Of a stretch of 64,000 bases of DNA, positions 42,088 to 50,446 are shown piece after piece; the stretch's first letter is position 1, and each line of letters opens with the position of its first letter. The position numbers and the translations under genes are program-made. Source of the DNA: Promethearchaeia archaeon (GTDB lineage: Archaea > Asgardarchaeota > Lokiarchaeia > Sigyniarchaeales > SOKP01); assembly GCA_029856045.1 (NCBI GenBank), contig JAHQWG010000016.1, forward strand, positions 256,001 through 320,000, given 5' to 3'. The notes below the pieces were generated by a model. That model made no database searches. It worked only from the letters and a program-made list of their open reading frames with translations, and was not told the DNA's origin.

Positions 42088-42825
42088 ATAATTCATAGTT
42101 TCTATTTAATCCATCAACTTACGGGAATCTGCATGATTTATAGGAAATATGGAGCAATTGAATTAAATCAAGATCTAGTTTCGGGGTTTCTAACTGCTCT
42201 AAAAGATTTCGCAAGCGAGATAAGTAAAGGTAAGGGGCAACTCAAGATTGTAGACATGCGACTCTTCAACCTAATCCTTGTTTTTAAAGCAGGAGTCTTA
42301 GTGGTGGTTGCAGCTGATAAAAATGATTCTAGAGAAATCGCTCAAGCGAGACTTGAAGAAATAGTAGATGTTTTTATGGAAAAATATTCTGAATACATAG
42401 GTGAAGATAATTGGACAGGAGATATTCGTATATTTAAAGGATTTGAAACAATTATTGATAAAATTCTCGAAGTTGGAAAGGCAAGTGAAGTCCCAATTAG
42501 AATTCCCATTTTAAAAATATATAAGAAAGATTATGAAAAATCTCAAAAAAAGATAGCCAAAAAAGGGTTAATTCTTCAAGAAGTAGATTTTAGATCAACT
42601 ATTGAAGGAACTTACAAACCTGAATGGACCTCAAAGAGATTACCTAAACAAGTTGTGAGTCAAGGAATGCTTTCAGAACAAGAATATGAAATTTCCCATC
42701 TATGCGACGGATTTCATACTTTAGAAAAAATTGCAGAAGAAGCGGGTATTCCAGAAAACGATATAGGGTTAATTATTGATGAATTAGATGAGCTTGGATT
42801 GCTAGAATTTATAATAATTCAGTAA
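42088..42825 (+). CDS. Longin-domain protein with a C-terminal winged helix
   Basis: The frame extends upstream of ATG 42133 as (I)IHSFYLIHQLTGICMIYRKY, the first longin beta-hairpin. It also has DLVSGFLTAL..F and a C-terminal CDGFHTLEKIAEE...LDELGLL. Confidence 0.72.
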   Translation: MIHSFYLIHQLTGICMIYRKYGAIELNQDLVSGFLTALKDFASEISKGKGQLKIVDMRLFNLILVFKAGVLVVVAADKNDSREIAQARLEEIVDVFMEKYSEYIGEDNWTGDIRIFKGFETIIDKILEVGKASEVPIRIPILKIYKKDYEKSQKKIAKKGLILQEVDFRSTIEGTYKPEWTSKRLPKQVVSQGMLSEQEYEISHLCDGFHTLEKIAEEAGIPENDIGLIIDELDELGLLEFIIIQ

Positions 42826-42934
42826 TTATTAATAATTTTTCAAAGTTTGAACTAAATCTATTTTTTATCCTAAAATTTTTAAATTTCATACTTCTTAAAT
42901 TATTTAAAACTTATATTAAGAAGAGATTATAAAA

Positions 42935-43252
42935 ATGACGTATATGATTTTCATCTCAACTGTACCTAATCTTGAAGAAGGAAAGAAAATTGCACGTTTT
43001 CTAGTAGAACAAAAAATTATTGCATGCTGTAATATCATTTCTAATGTGATTTCAATATATGAATGGGAGGAAAAAATTGAGGAAGGCAATGAACTTTTAT
43101 TAATCATTAAAACCAAAAAAGAAAACAGTAAAAAATTAATTGATATTATAAATAGCATACATAGCTATGAAGTTTCTGAATGTATAGGTTTTGATATTAC
43201 AGAAGGATCAAAGAAATATTTAGATTGGATGGATAAAATAATAAAGATTTAA
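42935..43252 (+). CDS. cutA: CutA divalent cation tolerance protein
   Basis: ACCNI...SIYEWE, IKT, HSYEV.EC, YLDW. Confidence 0.92.
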   Translation: MTYMIFISTVPNLEEGKKIARFLVEQKIIACCNIISNVISIYEWEEKIEEGNELLLIIKTKKENSKKLIDIINSIHSYEVSECIGFDITEGSKKYLDWMDKIIKI

Positions 43253-43260
43253 TATATCTT

Positions 43261-44100
43261 ATGCAAGTTCATTGGATTTTTCAAATTGATTGGTTTTTTT
43301 GGGGCACAATTATTATTATCTTATTAATTATTTTCCTAATCTCAGTTAAAATTTTTAAGAATACACATCGTTGGAGAAATTTTTTATCGAATCCTTTGAT
43401 TATGGTAAAAAAAAACAAGAATTTTGAAATTCAATGTGGAGAACAAGAAATTTTTAAAATTTCATTCACATTATTTGAATCTATAATCACTGATGTTGCT
43501 GATAATAAAGATAAAAAGACTTCAAATCTTCTGATTATTCTCAAGAAGAGGAGATATAATACATATCCATTTGCAGAAGCTCTTGCTTCAATCGATCTTA
43601 AGGTAATTTTTATAGATTTCAAAAAAATTAGGAAAATTGAAGGTAAAAAACTAGTTAAGATAAAAATTAGTGGGTTATTAATTGATAAAATTTCAAAAGC
43701 GATTTATATTCATTTTGTTAAATTAGGAGATATTCCTAAGTACCAAAAAATTGTCTTTCTCTTTCCTAATCTTACTAATCATTTTTTAAAAATCTCTACA
43801 TTAACAAATCTTTTTGACAAATTTTTTCTGATATTAAGTAATTTTTCAGCGAATTATGAGATTTTAAAGAACTTTTTAAATCAAGACATAATTGACATAA
43901 AGAATCTTTATTTTATTATCCCATTAAAGAGATTCTTAAAAAAAAATGAAGATCAATTGAATAAAATTAATAGATTAAAAGAGAATTATAAAATACACGA
44001 AAAAAATTTTTTAATTCTTGAAAACTCTTTTAAATCGTTAAAAAATTATGAAACAATCATTATTGGCTTTATTTTAAATAATATTTTTAAAAAACAATAA
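43261..44100 (+). CDS. Hypothetical protein with an N-terminal TM anchor
   Basis: 279-aa ORF inside a tightly packed run of genes, with one N-terminal hydrophobic helix. Confidence 0.55.
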   Translation: MQVHWIFQIDWFFWGTIIIILLIIFLISVKIFKNTHRWRNFLSNPLIMVKKNKNFEIQCGEQEIFKISFTLFESIITDVADNKDKKTSNLLIILKKRRYNTYPFAEALASIDLKVIFIDFKKIRKIEGKKLVKIKISGLLIDKISKAIYIHFVKLGDIPKYQKIVFLFPNLTNHFLKISTLTNLFDKFFLILSNFSANYEILKNFLNQDIIDIKNLYFIIPLKRFLKKNEDQLNKINRLKENYKIHEKNFLILENSFKSLKNYETIIIGFILNNIFKKQ

Positions 44101-44121
44101 GTATTAACTAAAAAATGTTCG

Positions 44122-44829
44122 ATGACAAAAGAAAAGATTTCGATGGAATATTCAAATAAGGTTATTTATGATAAAAACCATTGGGATATATTAACTCATA
44201 AACGAGATCGAGCAAAAAAGATTTTATCCATGTTTTATAAAGAAGGTTTAAACCCTTTGGTGTTTGGGAGTTTAGCACGGGGAGATGTGAAAAAGAGTAG
44301 TGATATAGATATAATTTTTCCCGATAAAACTCCTACATATAAATTAGAGATTATTATTGAAAAAAATGGAGAATATATTATTGCTAAGGACATAATTCAA
44401 GCAACTCCAGGAGACACAATCAAGGCAAATATTTATATATCCGAGCAAGAATGTTTAACAGTTCCTTTAACGAAATTCATGAAAAAATCTTTTCAATTCT
44501 ATCAATTTGGTGGTTGTCTTGATTTAGATCAGCTTTTAAAAAATGAAAGGGTTCCAGGCATAGACAAAAATTTAATATTAAAGATACCATCCAAATATGG
44601 CCATAATGAGCTTGATCTTAAAAATAATGAATTATTTACTTCGAAATTATTAAATATTGATATGGAATTTATACTTCAAAGAATACGTGTTTTAACTAGA
44701 AGGGATAAAGTTGGCAGAACTGGAGTTTTCCTACATGAAAAATTAAATTTAGAGGATAATTTTGAAAAAGTGTTAAAGAATATTAGTGATCGAAATTCTC
44801 TTGTGAGAAGGATACTTATGAAAGACTGA
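44122..44829 (+). CDS. Archaeal Pol-beta-type nucleotidyltransferase
   Basis: FGSLARGDV..SDID, IQATP, RVPGIDK, RRDKVGRTGVF. Confidence 0.85.
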   Translation: MTKEKISMEYSNKVIYDKNHWDILTHKRDRAKKILSMFYKEGLNPLVFGSLARGDVKKSSDIDIIFPDKTPTYKLEIIIEKNGEYIIAKDIIQATPGDTIKANIYISEQECLTVPLTKFMKKSFQFYQFGGCLDLDQLLKNERVPGIDKNLILKIPSKYGHNELDLKNNELFTSKLLNIDMEFILQRIRVLTRRDKVGRTGVFLHEKLNLEDNFEKVLKNISDRNSLVRRILMKD

Positions 44830-44841
44830 GGTTAAATAAAA

Positions 44842-45972
44842 TTGACACGAGCAGAATTATTTAGAACTAAAGGTGAATCTTATTTTATTCGTGGGATTCC
44901 TAAGGGATGTAAATATTGTATAAAAGGACAAAAGGTCGTTCTATTCCTTAATGGAATTTGTCAGAAACCTGATCATTGTTCTTGGTATTGTCCTATCTCA
45001 GAAGAAAGAAAAAATAAAGAAATAACATACGCTGATGAAATTCAGGTTAAAGATTCTAAAGATTTATTAAAAGAAATTAATCTTGTAAAAGCCAAAGGTG
45101 TTTCAATAACTGGTGGAGAACCTCTTGCCCCTAATAATATAAATCAGACCCTGGATTACATAATTTTTTTAAAAAAAGAAATGGGATCTGATTTTCATAT
45201 ACATCTATATACCAATGGAATTAATTTTAATGAGCAATTAGCGCAAAAATTATCATTGGTAGGATTAGATGAGATAAGATTTCATCCTTCTAAGGAGAAT
45301 TGGATTAATATTAAATATGCGTTATATAAAGGTATGTCTGTGGGTGCAGAAGTTCCGGTAATTCCTGATAAAAAGAATTTGAAAACTCTAAAAGAATTTA
45401 TCTATTTTGTAGATAATCTTAATTGTGATTTTATCAATTTAAATGAATTTGAAATGTGTTTTCCAAATAGTGAATCTCTTAAATCTAAAGGATTTTTATT
45501 GAAAGAAGGAACAATGGCATCTGTTAAAAAAAGCGAAGAATCAGCTCTCAAACTAATTGAAAATGTAGCAAAAAAAACAAAGTTAAATCTTCACTATTGC
45601 CCTATTATTTTAAAGGATCATTATCAATTAAAAAATCGATATAAACGGAGAGCAAGAAGTATTAAGGCACCCTATGAAGTAGTTAATAATGCAGGTCTTC
45701 TTATTTATGCACAAATTGAAGGTACAGCAGTATCTCTAAGGGAGTTTAGCGATAATGTCATATCAAAATTAAACTTACCTGAAAGTCTCTTTTCTTTTAA
45801 AGAATCAAAAATTAATTTACCATGGTATATTCCAATTCACCAAAAATTTGTTGGAGAATTAAAAAAATACGAATTAGAGTGCTACATTATTGAAGGAACA
45901 CCATTTCGCGACAAATATTTTCAAATAACTGAGAAAACACCAATAAGCTTAATTAATATTATTAAAGAATGA
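44842..45972 (+). CDS. Radical SAM protein (COG2108-like)
   Basis: PKGCKYC..G.K.VLF.G, CQKPDHCSWYC, ITGGEP, HLYT, LDEIRFHP, NLNEFE. Confidence 0.85.
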   Translation: MTRAELFRTKGESYFIRGIPKGCKYCIKGQKVVLFLNGICQKPDHCSWYCPISEERKNKEITYADEIQVKDSKDLLKEINLVKAKGVSITGGEPLAPNNINQTLDYIIFLKKEMGSDFHIHLYTNGINFNEQLAQKLSLVGLDEIRFHPSKENWINIKYALYKGMSVGAEVPVIPDKKNLKTLKEFIYFVDNLNCDFINLNEFEMCFPNSESLKSKGFLLKEGTMASVKKSEESALKLIENVAKKTKLNLHYCPIILKDHYQLKNRYKRRARSIKAPYEVVNNAGLLIYAQIEGTAVSLREFSDNVISKLNLPESLFSFKESKINLPWYIPIHQKFVGELKKYELECYIIEGTPFRDKYFQITEKTPISLINIIKE

Positions 45973-46454
45973 TATATTTATTAGTAAAGTTGCTCTTGAA
46001 ATTGACATTATCGATGATTATAAAAGATGTTACAAATAAAGATATAGAGGAGATCTCTTATTTAGAAGAAAAAATATTTGGAATAGATGCATTTTCTACG
46101 GATCTTCTAAAAAAATTACTAAATAATAAATTATTGTTCATAAAATTAGTTAATGAAACTGAAAAAATCCTTGGATTTTCTATTTCTATTGAGGGTTCTA
46201 AAAATCAAGCAAATATAATTAATTTTTTAATAATAGAAGAGTATCAACATCAAGGATTAGGCTCCTTTCTATTAAAAAGGACATTAAAAGAAATAAAAAA
46301 TAAAAATAAATTTAAATCAATTATTCTAAATGTAAAAATTGACAATGATGTCGCAATTCATTTATATGAAAAGTATGGTTTTAAAGTAATCAAAATAATT
46401 GATAACTATTATGAATCTGGAGCCTCATCAAATTTGATGAAACTTAAGTTGTAG
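45969..46454 (+). CDS. GNAT N-acetyltransferase (RimI/Ard1-like)
   Basis: YQHQGLGS.LL, N..AI.LYEK.GF, YY. The true start may be later, near 46014. Confidence 0.85.
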   Translation: MIYLLVKLLLKLTLSMIIKDVTNKDIEEISYLEEKIFGIDAFSTDLLKKLLNNKLLFIKLVNETEKILGFSISIEGSKNQANIINFLIIEEYQHQGLGSFLLKRTLKEIKNKNKFKSIILNVKIDNDVAIHLYEKYGFKVIKIIDNYYESGASSNLMKLKL

Positions 46455-46539
46455 TTGGTTTAAAAATATCTAGATAATTATAAATATACCGATTTTGTAT
46501 TATCATAATATATAAAGTATAGATATAGGGATAAGGAAA

Positions 46540-46692
46540 ATGCCACAACTTGATGATGAGTTAAAGAAAGCTATTAAAGAGGGTAAAACATTAAGCCCTG
46601 TCGACCAAACAGAAGTAGACAGGATAAAAGCCGAACGCGAAAAAAGAAAGCAAGAACTGGAAAAAGTCAAAGAGTCTTTAGAAAAGAAATAA
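46540..46692 (+). CDS. Small 50-aa protein, missing from the ORF track; WH2-like N-terminus and charged helix
   Basis: An ATG...TAA frame reading MPQLDDELKKAIKEGKTLSPVDQTEVDRIKAEREKRKQELEKVKESLEKK. Purine-rich AGGGATAAGGA lies upstream, GC content is higher than the flanks, and T-rich sequence follows. Confidence 0.7.
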   Translation: MPQLDDELKKAIKEGKTLSPVDQTEVDRIKAEREKRKQELEKVKESLEKK

Positions 46693-46788
46693 TCTTATTT
46701 TAATTATTTTTTTCCTCACTTTTTTTTTAAAATATTCATTATATTCCTAGATGAATAAATTTAACCTTTAGGAGCTTGATAAATTCTT

Positions 46789-47856
46789 TTGAAAATTAAG
46801 TATTTCGACGATAAGAAAGGAGAATTAAAAGTTCAAATAGAATGTTTAAATGATCTTTGGATCTTATTTAATGTAATTTACAAGGATGATAAAACTATAT
46901 CGAGAACTACAAGACGTATTATTCTTAGAGAAGGTGATTCTGGAGATCGCAAACCTATGATCTTAACTCTTGAAGTAAAAGACGTAGCATTTCATGAATA
47001 TTCTAATCGTCTGAGGATTAAGGGAATTATTTTATCTGGACCTGAAGATTTAATTTCTTTTGGCTCTTATCACACTTTCAATGTTTCTGTTGGCTCTATA
47101 ATAACTATTATTAAAAAGAAATGGATGAAACAAGATTTAAGTCGAATAGAAAAAAGTTCAAAGGTTCAAAGCTTTCGAATCCTTATTATCGCTATTGAAT
47201 CAGGATTAGCAACGGTTGCAATTATTTCGGATTATAGTCAAAAAATAATAACCAGTATTAAGCATAACATCCCTGGAAAAAGATATGAAAAAACACTAAG
47301 AAATAAAGAAATTGGGGAATTTTTTGGAAAAATTGACACAATTATTGCAGATAATTTAGAGCGAATTGATATAAACTTAATTATTATTACTGGTCCTGGA
47401 GGCTTTAAAGAAAAATATGCAGATATATTAGAAAAAAGTCGTCCAAATTTGGCTCAAAAAATTAAAATCATTAATTCTAGTTCCGCAACCTTCAGCGCAA
47501 TAAAGGAAGTTATAAAATCAAAAGAATTAGAAAAAATTAAAAAAACTTCACGAATAGTTTATGAAACTAATCTAATGGATAAATTTATAGAACAATTAGG
47601 GAAAGATACTAAATTGGTATCTTATGGTTGGGATCATATAAAAAATGCAGCTTCAATGGGTGCGATTGATATACTACTAATTTCTGATAAATTATTAAGA
47701 GGTCTTTCATTTGATAAACGATCAGAACTTGAAGATACATTAAATATAATTGAAAAAAAAAACGGGAAAATAGAAATTTTTAGTAGTGAGCATTCTGCTG
47801 GAGAACAATTAATCAGTTTCGGAAGTATTGTTGCTATATTAAGATATAAAATTTAA
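46789..47856 (+). CDS. pelA: Pelota (ribosome rescue factor)
   Basis: DLW.L, TTRR, FHEYSNRLRIKG, GSYHT, IPGKR, SSEH.AGEQL, AILRY. Confidence 0.93.
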   Translation: MKIKYFDDKKGELKVQIECLNDLWILFNVIYKDDKTISRTTRRIILREGDSGDRKPMILTLEVKDVAFHEYSNRLRIKGIILSGPEDLISFGSYHTFNVSVGSIITIIKKKWMKQDLSRIEKSSKVQSFRILIIAIESGLATVAIISDYSQKIITSIKHNIPGKRYEKTLRNKEIGEFFGKIDTIIADNLERIDINLIIITGPGGFKEKYADILEKSRPNLAQKIKIINSSSATFSAIKEVIKSKELEKIKKTSRIVYETNLMDKFIEQLGKDTKLVSYGWDHIKNAASMGAIDILLISDKLLRGLSFDKRSELEDTLNIIEKKNGKIEIFSSEHSAGEQLISFGSIVAILRYKI

Positions 47857-47882
47857 ATTAAATTTAAAAAAAGATTTGTACC

Positions 47883-48911
47883 ATGCCTTCTGAGATAATT
47901 TATGTGGATAGTAGCTCTGAAATTCCCCTATATGGGTTAGATTTTATCGGAATAATAGACCGTGGTACAAATATTTTAGAAATCAAACCTCTAACTCAGT
48001 GTAATCTTATTTGCAAATATTGTTTTGTAAGTGCTGGAGATTATATCACTAATTTTATAGTCGATGTTAATTATTTAATTGAAAAAATTGTCCCTCTAAT
48101 CGAAATCAAGGGAAAAAACGATATAGAAATACATATCGCACCATACGGAGAAATCTTACTATATAAGGATTTAATTAAGCTAATTAAAAAATTAAAATTA
48201 ATAGATGGAATATACAAAATTTCTATGCAAACTAATGGGCTATTATTGAGTAAAGAAAGCATCATTGAGCTTGAAAAAGCTGGACTTTCTCAAATTAATA
48301 TCAGTCTAAATACACTTGATCAAGATAAAGCAGAATATTTAAGTAATTATAAAGGATATCAACTCCAACACCTTTTGACTATGATTGATTTTCTTATGGA
48401 ATCCAAAATTGATCTTGTTATTGCCCCCGTTTGGATTCCTAAGGTAAATGATCAAGATATCGAAGAATTAATTCGGTTTGTACAGAATTACCAGGATAAA
48501 ATAGATACTCCTAATAAAATTCGAATTGGAATTCAAAAATACTTAATTTATAAAACTGGAAGGAGAATAAAAAAAATTAGACCTAAAAGTTGGGGTTTTT
48601 TTTACAAACAGTTGAATACTTTAGAAAAGAAGCACAACATGAAATTAAAATTAGGACCTAAAGATTTTGGAATTCATAAACGACAATGTCTATCTCTTCC
48701 AATTCAAAAGGGAAATTTAGTTAAAAGCCAAATAATTTCTATAGGTAGATGGGATTCTGAATTCATTGCAAAATTTGATGATAATTGGGGCATCAAAATT
48801 CTATTAAATAAAACCCAAAAAAATATCCCACTAATTGGAAAGAAAATTGATACAAAGATCATCAAATCAAAACGAGAAGAAAATTTATTAACGGGAATTA
48901 TTGAGAATTAG
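47883..48911 (+). CDS. Radical SAM protein (COG2100-like)
   Basis: IPL.G..FIGIIDRGTN, CNLICKYC, SMQTNG, IAPVWIP.VND. Confidence 0.85.
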   Translation: MPSEIIYVDSSSEIPLYGLDFIGIIDRGTNILEIKPLTQCNLICKYCFVSAGDYITNFIVDVNYLIEKIVPLIEIKGKNDIEIHIAPYGEILLYKDLIKLIKKLKLIDGIYKISMQTNGLLLSKESIIELEKAGLSQINISLNTLDQDKAEYLSNYKGYQLQHLLTMIDFLMESKIDLVIAPVWIPKVNDQDIEELIRFVQNYQDKIDTPNKIRIGIQKYLIYKTGRRIKKIRPKSWGFFYKQLNTLEKKHNMKLKLGPKDFGIHKRQCLSLPIQKGNLVKSQIISIGRWDSEFIAKFDDNWGIKILLNKTQKNIPLIGKKIDTKIIKSKREENLLTGIIEN

Positions 48912-48997
48912 CCTAAATATTAGTAAATTTTTAAATTTTTAAAAAATATTATAATAAAAATAAAAAAATAAAACAATAAAAAAAAGGGGAAATCAAA

Positions 48998-49618
48998 ATG
49001 ACGATATTGACACCCGAGGATGAGATAGATTTAGCAAAATTTGAAGTGGAACTCGTAAAGAATTGGAATAAAATGATTGGCTCTCAAAAGAGTGTTACAG
49101 CAGCTCATATGAGATTATCTAACCTTATTATCAAAGAAAATTCTGCACGAGAAATTTTTTTAAGAACTGCTAGAGATGTGTATAAACAAATGAAAGTACT
49201 AGCAAGAGAAAAAATGTCTAATATCGATGAGGATGATGAGAAAATAATTCAAAAAATAATTCATGATAATGAACAAATATTTGAAAATAATAAAAAATTT
49301 CTTAACGCTATAAAAGATCTAGGATTACAAAGAGAATATTTACATAAAGAATTTCAAGAATTAACTGAAGCATTAAAGGAGGTATCTTCAAAAAGAAAAG
49401 CGGTTGTTAATAAAGCTTTAAAAATCGAAATATCTAAGAATAAATTAATTGAAGGAGAGAAACTTGAAATGATGGATCAAGAATTTAAAGATATACAAAA
49501 GGAGTTTGACAGATCTAAAGGACGTTTTTTGAAAAAAGTTGAACATATCGAATCAACGAGGAATGAAGTTAATTCTTTATGGAATAAACTAAAAGATTCT
49601 ATTATGGGATTTGACTGA
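48998..49618 (+). CDS. All-helical coiled-coil protein, possibly BAR-like
   Basis: 206 aa, only one Pro (near the N-terminus), heptad patterns throughout. Confidence 0.55.
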   Translation: MTILTPEDEIDLAKFEVELVKNWNKMIGSQKSVTAAHMRLSNLIIKENSAREIFLRTARDVYKQMKVLAREKMSNIDEDDEKIIQKIIHDNEQIFENNKKFLNAIKDLGLQREYLHKEFQELTEALKEVSSKRKAVVNKALKIEISKNKLIEGEKLEMMDQEFKDIQKEFDRSKGRFLKKVEHIESTRNEVNSLWNKLKDSIMGFD

Positions 49619-49741
49619 ATTAAAAAAAAAATATCTAAATTTAAAATATTAGTATAGAATAATTGAAAAATAAAAAGGTAAATAATTAAAAATAAATATT
49701 TAATCGATTATAATTAAATAGAAAAATTTTTTTCTTAGGGG

Positions 49742-50158
49742 ATGATAAAAATAGCCGAAGAATTTAATTCAATGTTAGCTGCAACCCGGAAAGCACCACT
49801 TGATGAGAAACTCAAAGGACTTGCAGATATTATTGAAAGTATAATGCAAATTTTGTTAAAAATTCCTAATTTAGTAGATCAAAGCTTAACTGTTATAAAT
49901 TCAAGAATCTCTTCAATTGAAGGAAAGGTCACTTCATTGGAAACAAAAGTTGGTCAAGGAGCTACGGCTGTATCGGCAGAAGCTGGAAGTCTGGCTCGAT
50001 CCCCAGTAACTCCACCACCTCCGCCAGGAACACCTCCACCACCTCCGGGACGCCCACCTGCTGGACCTCAACCAGCGAGAGCAGCTAATCCAGTCTCTCT
50101 ACGCGGAGCAATCATGGGGGAATTGAAGGAGTTATTTTCAAAAAGAAAAAAAATATAA
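49742..50158 (+). CDS. Protein with a coiled coil, polyproline tracts and a C-terminal amphipathic basic helix
   Basis: INSRISSIEGKVTSLETKV; TPPPPPGTPPPPPGRPP; SLRGAIMGELKELFSKRKKI. Confidence 0.75.
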   Translation: MIKIAEEFNSMLAATRKAPLDEKLKGLADIIESIMQILLKIPNLVDQSLTVINSRISSIEGKVTSLETKVGQGATAVSAEAGSLARSPVTPPPPPGTPPPPPGRPPAGPQPARAANPVSLRGAIMGELKELFSKRKKI

Positions 50159-50446
50159 TAATTTTATATATTTAAACCTTAACGAAACATCTATTTCATA
50201 CAATTTGATTCTCGAATAATAAAATTTAATATTTAATTTTGTTTCGTTTTACTGATAAAATAAAATAAAAAATATAGTTTTATTTCTTTCAAATCGCGAA
50301 ATAATTACTCATTTCAGATATTTTTTTTAAAGATTAAAAAATGATTACTTTAAATTAGTTTTAATATTTTAAATAAGATTTTAGTTATCATTAATGTTTT
50401 AAATAAGATTTTCATTAATATTTTAACAAAATTTATAAAGTAGAAT

